Below are positions 8,569-16,521 of a stretch of DNA of 19,330 nucleotides, in pieces; positions within the stretch are counted from its first letter, which is position 1, and each line of letters starts with the position of its first letter. Source of the DNA: Bacillota bacterium (GTDB lineage Bacteria; Bacillota; Ch66; Ch109); contig JBMNLH010000009.1 in assembly GCA_050952625.1 (NCBI GenBank), forward strand, positions 1 to 19,330, written 5' to 3'. The translations under genes and the position numbers were made by a program. The notes under the pieces are model-generated. The model did no database searches and was not told where the DNA came from. It saw only the letters and a program-made list of their open reading frames with translations.

Positions 8569-8800
8569 GAAGCGGAAGATCCCCCCAGCTTTCAGACAGC
8601 TTTCAGAAGCGGAAGAACCACCTCCTGACTTCCAAATAGTTTAGCCGCGGAAGCAGAAGAACCGCGCGGCTTCGGACAGCTTACGCAGAAGCGGAAGAAC
8701 CGCCTTCCGACTTCCAAATTGTTTAACCAGAAGCAGAATAACTACCGCGGCTTTCGGAGACTTACGCGGAAGCAGAAGAATCGTCTCCTGGCTGCCAGCT
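8569..8800. repeat. Array of six degenerate REP-like palindromic units (GAAGCRGAAGAACC...), alternating A/B types, ~81-bp dimer period
   Basis: GAAGC starts at 8569, 8606, 8650, 8688, 8730, 8769 (spacing 37/44/38/42/39); units 2 and 4 share GACTTCCAAAT(A/T)GTTTA, units 1/3/5 share GCTT(T)C(A/G)GA..CTT. Confidence 0.85.
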
Positions 8801-9472
8801 TTCTAGAGTAGAGGTAACCTCAAATCCCTCTGATAAAAACTCCCGTTTGACCAGTCCGACCCCGGCTTGGTAATACTCATAAATCGTGGATTCCGGATAG
8901 GTTAGTTTGACTTTGAGACAGTTTTTAAATTCCCCGGCCGGGGTGTTCACTGTGGCGTTGGTGTCCACGATCTCGCGCGTTTCATTTTTGTTTTTCCAGG
9001 TTGTTCCCACTTGAAGCGGGGCCTTTAAAATAATCGTATTATCATTTGGTTGCTGATCAAGGAAATTAGTGTTGTCGTAAACTTCCCCTTGAAAATAAAT
9101 TCGAGTGATTGATTCATCGGTTGTCTGAAAAACGGACATTATTATGGTTCCGCCATTGTTTTCTTGTACTTGAGCGAGGTTTTCTTTAGTGTAGAGAACA
9201 GTTCGTTTAAAGCCGGCATATTCATTTCCCTCTCCTAAATACTGCCAAGTATTACCCTGAGCTAGCGGGAAATAAGCACTTAGGTTATTACTTGGCTGTT
9301 CTTGTTGGGTGGGACTAGCAGGTTGACCCTCTGTTGTTGAACCTTGTTGCTGATTTGGGTTCGGTGTTGGATTAGGGACCGTTGGCGGAGGGGTGTTAGC
9401 CGAACAACCCACGAGCATTGCCAGACAGATAATTAAGCTGACCAGTCCCGCGATCAAGCAATTTCGCTTCAA
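8762..9472 (-). CDS. Lipoprotein of unknown function (Pro/Gln/Thr linker + beta-rich DUF3108/TapB-like domain)
   Basis: Signal peptide with lipobox LVGC; YFPLAQGNTWQY, VNTPAGEFKNCLKV, YYQAGVGLVK. RBS AAGGGAG spacing favours TTG at 9472 over 9481. Confidence 0.85.
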   Translation of the reverse strand: MKRNCLIAGLVSLIICLAMLVGCSANTPPPTVPNPTPNPNQQQGSTTEGQPASPTQQEQPSNNLSAYFPLAQGNTWQYLGEGNEYAGFKRTVLYTKENLAQVQENNGGTIIMSVFQTTDESITRIYFQGEVYDNTNFLDQQPNDNTIILKAPLQVGTTWKNKNETREIVDTNATVNTPAGEFKNCLKVKLTYPESTIYEYYQAGVGLVKREFLSEGFEVTSTLESWQPGDDSSASA

Positions 9473-9622
9473 AAGTCTCAACTCCCTTACTGATTAAGTC
9501 TTAGGCATATCTCGAATACTATGGTCTCCAAAATCTAACGTTTGATTCGAAGTCCTTCGAACAATAGGCCTGACTAATTCTATTATAGACCGAGAAAAAA
9601 GAAATCGGTTGTTTGATTTATC

Positions 9623-9733
9623 TGAATCAAAAGACTCCCACTTCTATAAGTGGGGGTTACCTTGTTTAAACTTCAGGTGGAGCAGTAGTCTCCATCTGAA
9701 GCCTCGATGTTCAGCGAAGCTGAACGAGTTCAC
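9623..9733 (+). mobile_element. Non-coding IS200/IS605 end-derived minielement (PATE-like), copy 1
   Basis: Hairpins CTCCCACTT-CTAT-AAGTGGGGG (9635-9656), CTTCAGGTGGAG-N7-CTCCATCTGAAG (9671-9701), GTTCAGC-GAA-GCTGAAC (9709-9725); ends GAGTTCAC; related copy at 12578-12682. Confidence 0.65.
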
Positions 9734-10014
9734 TCAGCGGAAAGAGATGTGCAGTTTGGAAAACAACTGGTAGACTTTAATTATACCTTATTTTAGAAAA
9801 ATAATTAAGTCAGGGGGCATGGTTTTGATCAGGTATCAAAAATGGACCGTAACCTTTTTGTTTGCAATGGGTACGGCCAGCATCATGAGGCAAGCTATAA
9901 AAGCAACTGTTCCTTATGGCCCATTTAATTTGCTAGTTTTTAAGTGCGATTTTTTTCATGTTAGCCATAATAACGACACTTAAGGATTTCGTAAGTAAAT
10001 AATTTTAGTATCAT

Positions 10015-10140
10015 GTCATTCTGAGCGAAGCAAAGAATCCTTCCCACGCTGAGAAGTAAGAACCTTCGCCAACGCTCAGGATGACTTATGTCCGCTATTT
10101 TCATCCATGCTTGTGCCCTGCGGGCATGGGCGGTTAGTAA
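10015..10140. repeat. Palindromic MITE/REP-like dispersed repeat, copy 1
   Basis: GTCATTCTGAGCG...CGCTCAGGATGAC inverted repeat (10015-10085) followed by TTTTCATCCATGCTTGTGCCCTGCGGGCATGGG; 24 bp (10036-10059) identical to 14835-14858. Confidence 0.8.
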
Positions 10141-10290
10141 GAAGGTAAATAAACTGGATTATAGAGAAGCACGCTCCCTCAATATACTAAAATCGAAATA
10201 TAATTTAAATTAAGTTTTAAGGGCAAGTATTCGATATTAATTAAGAGAATTAGTTATTAGTTCCAAAAATGATTGAAAGAAGGGAAGAAC

Positions 10291-10683
10291 ATGAAAGTTA
10301 AGGATAGAATGACCCGCAATGTCGTTACAGTAAGACCGGATAATTCCCTGAAAGAGGCCCTGGACCTTATGAAACAGAGATTTATCAATAGATTGCCCGT
10401 TATTGATAATGGTGTACTGGTTGGTATCATCGTCAAGAATGATATTGAAAAAGCCTTACACCGGCCGGGGTGCTATCCGGAAACACCGGTATCCTGGATA
10501 ATGTCTCAGAATATTATTACGGTTCACCCGGACGATGACCTGGTCAGTGCTGCAACTATCTTTAAAAATCGTAAAATTTCCGCTTTGCCGGTATTAGACG
10601 GGAACAACCTGGTCGGGATAATTACTGATACGGATGTTATCAAGACTTTCATTGAAATTATGCAGACGAAGTCGTTTAATTAA
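10291..10683 (+). CDS. Stand-alone tandem CBS-domain protein (AcuB-like, no ACT domain)
   Basis: MKVKDRMTRNVVTV...LPVIDNGVLVGII and MSQNIITVHPDD...LPVLDGNNLVGIITDTD; RBS AAGGGA before ATG 10291. Confidence 0.92.
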   Translation: MKVKDRMTRNVVTVRPDNSLKEALDLMKQRFINRLPVIDNGVLVGIIVKNDIEKALHRPGCYPETPVSWIMSQNIITVHPDDDLVSAATIFKNRKISALPVLDGNNLVGIITDTDVIKTFIEIMQTKSFN

Positions 10684-10710
10684 TCTTGCCTGGGGTGTCG
10701 TTGAAAAAGC

Positions 10711-10746
10711 AAAACCCTTCTCGATTGGTTCCGAGAAGGGTATTTT
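10711..10746. terminator. Intrinsic terminator, probably bidirectional
   Basis: AAAACCCTTCTCG-N8-CGAGAAGGGTATTTT between convergent CBS and rubrerythrin genes. Confidence 0.75.
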
Positions 10747-10752
10747 GATCTA

Positions 10753-10804
10753 TGAACCAGGAAGCTCCTGCCTCTTAGCGAAGCGTAGGCCGGAGAGGCT
10801 TCAC
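10753..10804 (+). mobile_element. Isolated IS200/IS605 (IS1341-type) right-end-like hairpin
   Basis: TGAACCAGGAAGCTCCTGCCT-CTTAGCGAAGCGT-AGGCCGGAGAGGCTTCAC: GAAC guide-like motif, imperfect hairpin and TTCAC terminus; no tnpA/tnpB ORF. Confidence 0.6.
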
Positions 10805-10839
10805 AAAAGATTCAGTTGCGGTGGCCAAAGTATTTATTC

Positions 10840-10970
10840 CAATAATTCTCTATAGTAGTTCTCCCTAGCAGTTCTCCTTAGTAGTTTTCTCTAGTAATTC
10901 CCTGCGTAGATGAAGCAAACACAATAGCTAAGATGCTGTCTAGCTAGCAGTTCTCCCTAGTAGTTCTCTG
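10840..10970. repeat. Degenerate 13-bp tandem repeats (TAGTAGTTCTCCC), 5 + 2 units, the last overlapping the rubrerythrin stop codon
   Basis: Units at 10840, 10853, 10866, 10879, 10892, 10945, 10958. Confidence 0.85.
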
Positions 10971-11490
10971 CGGCCACTTCATAAAAGGCTCGGGGATGGA
11001 CACAGGCCGGGCAAACCTCTGGAGCCTCGGTGCCTTCATGGATGTAACCGCAGTTGCGGCAACGCCATCTGACCGGCTGATCCTTTTTAAAGACCTTTCC
11101 TTCTTCCAGGTTTTTCAGGAGGGCGAGAAATCTTTTTTCGTGTTCCGCTTCCACTGCCCCGGTTGCTTCAAAAAAGCGGGCAATTTCTTCAAAACCTTCC
11201 TGCCTGGCTTCTGCGGCAAAACGTTTGTACATATCTGTCCACTCGTAGTTTTCACCACTAGCCGCTGCTTTAAGGTTCTCGGCAGTATTCCCTATCCCTT
11301 GCAGGAACCGGAGGGCCCGCTTGGCGTGTTCTTTCTCGTTATCTGCGGTTTCCAGGAAGATCGCGGCGATTTGTTCATAGCCTTCTTTTTTGGCTACGCT
11401 GGCAAAGTAGGTGTACTTGTTGCGGGCTTGAGATTCTCCAGCAAAAGCTTCCATTAAGTTTTTTTCTGTTTTTGTTCCTTTTATATTCAT
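10957..11490 (-). CDS. rbr: Rubrerythrin
   Basis: [27 protein letters not shown] diiron ligands; rubredoxin-like CRNCG...CPAC; RBS AGGAGG. Confidence 0.97.
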   Translation of the reverse strand: MNIKGTKTEKNLMEAFAGESQARNKYTYFASVAKKEGYEQIAAIFLETADNEKEHAKRALRFLQGIGNTAENLKAAASGENYEWTDMYKRFAAEARQEGFEEIARFFEATGAVEAEHEKRFLALLKNLEEGKVFKKDQPVRWRCRNCGYIHEGTEAPEVCPACVHPRAFYEVAAENY

Positions 11491-11519
11491 TATGATTCCT
11501 CCTTTAAAAAATTAATACT

Positions 11520-11553
11520 GATATAGGATTGGCTTAGATATAGGATTAGCTTA
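11520..11553. repeat. 17-bp tandem direct repeat in the rubrerythrin leader
   Basis: GATATAGGATTGGCTTA (11520-11536) / GATATAGGATTAGCTTA (11537-11553), one mismatch. Confidence 0.85.
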
Positions 11554-11756
11554 AATCAGATAATAACATTTTAGTCTATGGATTTGATTAGATAGTTGAA
11601 CAAGATATGATTTCATGGTAACAAATCTCTTTAACATCCACGCTTTGAAACGGAGCGATGATGTTTTTAGCGAAAATCCTCGTTGAATCACCGGGCATAG
11701 ATTTAGCCAGAGATCCATTACTGAAACTAAACTGTTAGCGGTAAACCTAATTTTTT

Positions 11757-12356
11757 TTATCTCTGCCACATGGATAGTGCCTGTTCCAGTCGACGGTTTA
11801 CCACCTCCCAGGCAATGTTTTGCATAAAGGCTGAAATGTAGTCGGCTCGTTTTATGCCATAATCAATCATGTAAGCGTGTTCGTAGACATCCATGACCAG
11901 AAGCGGATAAGTGTTAACAAAATAACCGACATCGTGAGCATCTAAACAATTAATCACTACATTTCCCCAGTCTAGGTTCAGGCTGAGCAGGGTCCAGCCC
12001 CGAGCCGCCAGGCCACAAGTGCTGAATTGAGTGTGGAAATTTTCATAAGAGCCAAACGTGGCGTTAATAGTTTGCTCAATCCTTCCGGAAATTGGCTGGC
12101 CGGGGTATAAGTTTTCGAAATAGGCTTCATGCAGCTTGATCCCGTTTAAAGCAAAATTTTCGCCAATTTTCAGAGAGCGTAAATCACTGTAGGTCTGATT
12201 GGCTTTAGAGTAGTCAACATCTTTAAGTAAGTCGTGAATTTCGTTTAGCTTGTTTACATAGCCCACATATAGCGTGTAGTGCTCAGACAATTGACGCTGG
12301 GAAAGGCCCGGAAACCCTTCTAAGTCGTAGGTCTTTGGTGCAATTCGGTCGGTCAA
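11757..12356 (-). CDS. Fe/Mn superoxide dismutase family protein (SodF-like)
   Basis: EHYTLYVGYV, LHEAYF, MDVYEHAY metal ligands; RBS AGGAGGTG spacing favours TTG at 12356. Confidence 0.9.
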   Translation of the reverse strand: MTDRIAPKTYDLEGFPGLSQRQLSEHYTLYVGYVNKLNEIHDLLKDVDYSKANQTYSDLRSLKIGENFALNGIKLHEAYFENLYPGQPISGRIEQTINATFGSYENFHTQFSTCGLAARGWTLLSLNLDWGNVVINCLDAHDVGYFVNTYPLLVMDVYEHAYMIDYGIKRADYISAFMQNIAWEVVNRRLEQALSMWQR

Positions 12357-12406
12357 TGACAATCACCTCCTGAAGGATGGGGAAGTTAAGAATGAGAAGA
12401 CGTTTA

Positions 12407-12436
12407 ATCTTATGCCAGATAATGCAATTGTTATGC
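12407..12436 (-). promoter_or_regulatory. Putative forespore SigG/SigF-type promoter for the SOD gene
   Basis: Minus strand GCATA-N17-CATAAGAT (also readable as GCATA-N15-GGCATAAGAT). Confidence 0.4.
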
Positions 12437-12577
12437 ATGGATTGTTTTTAATTGCTTCTAATTTACCATTGATTATAGTCGGTGTCAATACAAAATTTAA
12501 TAAAAATAAATAAATGGTGTTAATTAGCTAGTGGATTGAAAACGCGAATATGTAGTTTCTTAAATTAAATCCGCATT

Positions 12578-12682
12578 AAAAACCCTGTTTCTATGAGTGG
12601 GGGGGTTACCTTATTTAAAACTTAAGGTGGAGTAGAATCTTTATTTGCAGTCTCACTGTTCAGCGGAACTGGACGAGTTAAC
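12578..12682 (+). mobile_element. Degenerate copy 2 of the 9623-9733 minielement
   Basis: TTCTATGAGTGGGGGGGTTACCTTATTTAAAACTTAAGGTGGAGTAG...TGTTCAGCGGAACTGGACGAGTTAAC aligns colinearly with copy 1; hairpins disrupted. Confidence 0.65.
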
Positions 12683-12711
12683 TAACAAAATTTTCTTGAC
12701 CCTGGAAAAAA

Positions 12712-12741
12712 GAAGGAATTCGACTCGAAGTTCGCGAATAT
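12712..12741 (+). promoter_or_regulatory. Putative SigH-type promoter
   Basis: GAAGGAATT...GCGAATA, i.e. AGGA (12714-12717)-N18-GAAT (12736-12739), ~385 bp upstream of the CoA-disulfide reductase ATG. Confidence 0.45.
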
Positions 12742-12904
12742 TTAATGATTCTAACCTCAAGTTAATTAAGAAAATTTGGCTTACGCCAGCCTTTGGCGCA
12801 GACGGAAGATGATGTAGCCGCATTTTTAATGTTGTGAACTGCATTTACGCCGGACTTTAGCGCAGGCGGGAGCCCTCGTTGTCCCTACTGTTTATTTACT
12901 TGCC

Positions 12905-13075
12905 TATCAGAAAGTCATATCAAAAGTTATAATCAGAAAATTATTCAGAAAGTCACAATTCAGAAAGTTATAATTCAGAATATTATAAGAATGTTATACT
13001 TAGTAAAGTTATAATCAAAAATTATAATCAGAAAGTTACAAAGTTTTAATCAGAAAGTCCACTTATACTTTCTGA
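12905..13075. repeat. AT-rich degenerate tandem array (~12 units of ~10-15 bp, core TCAGAAAGT) ending in an inverted copy
   Basis: Exact TCAGAAAGT at 12907, 12945, 12960, 13028, 13050 with variants between; inverted ACTTTCTGA at 13067-13075. Confidence 0.85.
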
Positions 13076-13123
13076 ACTGTAAATAAATGAAATGTAATAA
13101 ATCTGAAAAGCGGGGGTGGGAAA

Positions 13124-14629
13124 ATGGCCCGATTGGTTGTGATCGGCGGAGTAGCCGCCGGGATGAGTGCCGCGGCCAAGGCCCGGCGGACCAATCCTGA
13201 ACTGGAAATAATCGTTTATACCGAGGAAAAACACATCTCTTACGGGGCCTGTGGCTTACCATACTATATTTCAGGGGAGATTGAGAGGGAAAGCCGACTG
13301 ATCGCCCGAACCGTAGAACAGTTTGCCGCTCAGCAGATCAAGGTGTATCCGCGTCACCGGGTCGATAAGCTTAACCCGTCGTCTCAGACAATTCAGGTGA
13401 TGAGCCTGGAAACCGGGGAACAAGCTGAGGTATCTTATGACAGTCTGGTTATCGCCACTGGGGCTTCAGCCCTGATCCCGTCGGTGCCCGGTCGGGCGCG
13501 GCCAGGGGTATTTAAGCTCCGTAATGTAGAGGATGGCATGGCCATTCGGCGATATTTAGCAGAGAAAAACCCCCGGTCCGGGGTTATTGTAGGCGGTGGA
13601 TATATCGGCCTGGAAATGGCGGAGACGCTTCACCGGCATGGCCTATCCGTAACGGTCGTTGAGATGGCTCCGCAGATTGTCCCGAACATGGATGAAGATA
13701 TGGCAGCCCTAGTCCAACAGTATCTGATTGACAGGGGGATTCAGGTTTTAACTCAGGAAAAAGTTCTCGCTCTGGTCGGCGAGGAGGGGGCGGCGAATAA
13801 TAACCGGCCATTAGGCGACCAGTTGCGAACAACTCTAGATTCCGGTCCGGGTTATGTGGCTGTCGATCTGGTTCAGGGTAAATCGGCTTTGGTTCAGGGT
13901 AAAGCAGCCGATGCTTCCTTGGCCAGGCCCCAAGAAGCGGGAGATGTAGCTTTTTCGCCGGTTCGGCAGGTGTTGACCGATCGCCGTGAACTGGCTGCTG
14001 AGCTAGTAATCCTGGCCGCTGGGGTAATCCCTAACACCCGCCTGGCCCAAGCAGCCGGGATTGAATTGGGGGCGCGACAGGCAATTCGGGTGAATAATCG
14101 GATGGCCACCAGTGTCCCCGGGATTTATGCGGCTGGGGATTGTGCGGTCGCCAACCACCTGGTAACCGGGGAAGAGGTTTATATTCCGATGGGGACCACG
14201 GCCAATAAGCAGGGGCGAACCGCCGGAGAAAACGCGGCCGGCGGCAACGCTGTGTTTAAAGGGGTGGTCGGCACGGGAATTGCCAAAGTGCTGGAACTGG
14301 AAATCGCCCGAACTGGTCTAACCGAGCGGGAATGTCAGTTGAAAAACATTAGTTATTCCACTAAAACCATTCGGAGCAAAACTCGGGCAGGCTATTACCC
14401 GGGGGCAGCCAACATTCACCTCAAAGTAATCGCCGAAAAACCCAGCGGTCGTCTTTTGGGAGCGCAAATTGTCGGCTATGCTGGGGCCGGCAAAAGGATT
14501 GACGTTTTTGCCGCGGCCCTGACGCTCGGGGCTAAGCTTGAGCAATTAAAAGATTTGGACCTAGCTTATGCTCCTCCGTTTTCCCCAGTTTATGACCCGA
14601 TTCTGTTAGCGATAAATCAGTTTTTTTAA
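13124..14629 (+). CDS. CoA-disulfide reductase / NADH oxidase-peroxidase family flavoprotein, with a ~55-aa insertion
   Basis: IGGVAAGMSAA (FAD), SYGACGLPY (single redox Cys), IATGA, GGGYIGLE (NAD), IYAAGD, DLAYAPPFS. Confidence 0.92.
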   Translation: MARLVVIGGVAAGMSAAAKARRTNPELEIIVYTEEKHISYGACGLPYYISGEIERESRLIARTVEQFAAQQIKVYPRHRVDKLNPSSQTIQVMSLETGEQAEVSYDSLVIATGASALIPSVPGRARPGVFKLRNVEDGMAIRRYLAEKNPRSGVIVGGGYIGLEMAETLHRHGLSVTVVEMAPQIVPNMDEDMAALVQQYLIDRGIQVLTQEKVLALVGEEGAANNNRPLGDQLRTTLDSGPGYVAVDLVQGKSALVQGKAADASLARPQEAGDVAFSPVRQVLTDRRELAAELVILAAGVIPNTRLAQAAGIELGARQAIRVNNRMATSVPGIYAAGDCAVANHLVTGEEVYIPMGTTANKQGRTAGENAAGGNAVFKGVVGTGIAKVLELEIARTGLTERECQLKNISYSTKTIRSKTRAGYYPGAANIHLKVIAEKPSGRLLGAQIVGYAGAGKRIDVFAAALTLGAKLEQLKDLDLAYAPPFSPVYDPILLAINQFF

Positions 14630-14647
14630 TATCAAAAAAGTTTCCTT

Positions 14648-14676
14648 ATCCGTCCTGACTAGGGGACGGATTTTTT
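14648..14676 (+). terminator. Intrinsic terminator
   Basis: ATCCGTCCT-GACTAG-GGGACGGAT followed by a T-run, just after the stop codon. Confidence 0.8.
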
Positions 14677-14689
14677 CATAATCAGACTT

Positions 14690-14938
14690 CCATGCCGCTT
14701 CGCAGCACCACTGATGAATGAAAATTGTGTCCATACTATTACTATGGCTGGCGAAGGTAGGTCGTACTTTCTTGGTGCCGCGAGCCCGCTAATTAGACGA
14801 CGGGCAACGTATGACTAATTCTGACAGCGAAGAAAATCCTTCCCACGCTGAGAAGTAAAATCCTTCGCTAACGCTCAGGATGACATATGTTCGCTGTTTT
14901 TATAGGTAGTTGTGTCCCTGGGGTATGGGGGTTAATAA
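14690..14938. repeat. Nested palindromic MITE/REP-like repeat, copy 2 (both outer arms present)
   Basis: Left arm CCATGCCGCTTCGCAGCACCACTGATGAATGAAAA; inner module ending CGCTCAGGATGAC (14818-14884) homologous to 10015-10085; degenerate right arm TTTTTATAGGTAGTTGTGTCCCTGGGGTATGGG. Confidence 0.75.
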
Positions 14939-15054
14939 AGAAGAGGCTTAAGAATCTTAAGATAAGTTGGTTCGCAGGGGTTATAAATGGAAAAAATATA
15001 ATGATTTGTTGTGGTACAATATATAGTTACAGAATATAGGGAGTGTGTTATAGA

Positions 15055-16521
15055 TTGAAAACTTTTTCGGATGTCGGTTTAAGCAACCAACTGCTACGCT
15101 CAATCAGTAATATGGGTTTTGAAGAACCAACGCCGATTCAGGAACAGGCGATTCCACTGGGTCTGGAAGGCCGGGACATAATTGGTCAGGCTCATACCGG
15201 AACCGGAAAAACAGCTGCTTTCGGCATCCCGCTGGTGGAGCGGATTAGGGTAGACTCGGAGCAGATTCAAGGAATTGTGATCACCCCGACCCGGGAGCTG
15301 GCGGTTCAGGTGGCCGAGGAGTTAAATAAGATCGGTCAGTTTAAAGGGATCCGCACCTTGCCGATCTATGGCGGCCAGGATATTGAACGGCAGATCAGGG
15401 CCCTTAGGAAAAGGCCGCACATTATCGTGGGGACACCTGGTCGTTTAATGGACCATATGCGGCGCAAAACAATCCACCTCAATTATATCAAGATGGTCGT
15501 ATTGGATGAAGCGGATGAAATGCTGAATATGGGCTTTATCGAGGATATTGAAACCATTCTTCGAGAAATACCGCAGGAACGTCAGACCTTGCTTTTTTCA
15601 GCGACAATCCCTAAACCCATCCAAACCTTGGCCCAGCAATTCATGAAGCATCCAGCATTGATTAGTATTCGTTCTAAGGAGGTTACGGTCCCAAGTACTG
15701 AGCAGTACTATATGGAAGTTCATGAAAAACAGAAATTTGATGTTCTCTGCCGACTGTTGGATATCCAGTCGCCGGATTTGGCGATCGTTTTCGGCCGAAC
15801 CAAGCGCCGGGTAGATGAATTGGCGGAAGCATTGAATAAACGAGGCTATTCGGCGGAAGGGATTCACGGAGACTTAACCCAGGCGAAACGGGACAGCGTA
15901 ATGCGCCAGTTTCGGGAAGGGACCATTGAAGTGCTGGTCGCGACGGATGTCGCCGCTCGAGGGTTAGATATTACCGGAGTGACCCATGTTTATAATTTTG
16001 ACATCCCGCAGGATCCAGAAGGCTATGTTCACCGGATCGGCCGAACCGGTCGAGTTGGGAAAGCCGGTTTGGCGATTACCTTTGTCACTCCGCGAGAAAT
16101 CGATCATTTAAGAATGATTGAACAAATGACGCGACGGAAGGTGATCCGGCGGCCGATCCCAACGATAAACGAGGCTATGGCTGGCCAGCAACGCCAGGCT
16201 ATGGAAAAGTTGCTGCAGGTAGTAGAATCCGAAGATTTTCGGTCATACAAAGGTTTGGCTGAGGAGTTGCTGGAAGAGCATGATTCAGTTACCTTGCTTT
16301 CCGCAGCCCTAAAATTGTTGACCAAAGAACCGGATACTACCCCGGTTCAATTGACCGAGGAAGCACCATTGCGGGTGAAAAAGCCGAAAATAAATAGGCC
16401 GCCTCAACCTCGGGGTTATCGGGGAGATAGCGGCGGTTCCCGGGCTGCTTTTCGCGGCAGCGGGAACAGACGGGACAACCGAGTCAACAGCTTGCCTTCC
16501 TGGCGGGGGAAAAGAGTTTAA
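15055..16521 (+). CDS. cshA: DEAD-box ATP-dependent RNA helicase CshA
   Basis: Q motif [47 protein letters not shown]; Arg/Gly-rich tail. Start TTG 15055 (GTG 15043 possible); extended -10 TGGTACAAT at 15012-15020. Confidence 0.95.
   Translation: MKTFSDVGLSNQLLRSISNMGFEEPTPIQEQAIPLGLEGRDIIGQAHTGTGKTAAFGIPLVERIRVDSEQIQGIVITPTRELAVQVAEELNKIGQFKGIRTLPIYGGQDIERQIRALRKRPHIIVGTPGRLMDHMRRKTIHLNYIKMVVLDEADEMLNMGFIEDIETILREIPQERQTLLFSATIPKPIQTLAQQFMKHPALISIRSKEVTVPSTEQYYMEVHEKQKFDVLCRLLDIQSPDLAIVFGRTKRRVDELAEALNKRGYSAEGIHGDLTQAKRDSVMRQFREGTIEVLVATDVAARGLDITGVTHVYNFDIPQDPEGYVHRIGRTGRVGKAGLAITFVTPREIDHLRMIEQMTRRKVIRRPIPTINEAMAGQQRQAMEKLLQVVESEDFRSYKGLAEELLEEHDSVTLLSAALKLLTKEPDTTPVQLTEEAPLRVKKPKINRPPQPRGYRGDSGGSRAAFRGSGNRRDNRVNSLPSWRGKRV

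Noticed and set aside
8569-8800. CRISPR array
   Set aside because: Conserved part is only ~13 bp and degenerate, the spacers are alternating homologs of each other, there are no cas genes, and the last unit is protein-coding.
10805-10824. Guide-target match between the flank of the right-end-like hairpin and rbr (CAGTTGCGG at 11051)
   Set aside because: Only 9 nt, not at the guide-proximal end and with no adjacent TTGAT; compatible with chance.
12781-12869. Mini-CRISPR (two repeats, 39-bp spacer)
   Set aside because: Only two copies with four mismatches and no cas context; kept only as an unexplained repeat.
13790-13960. Intein or intron in the flavoprotein
   Set aside because: Too short, no Cys/Ser start with His-Asn end, and the frame is uninterrupted.
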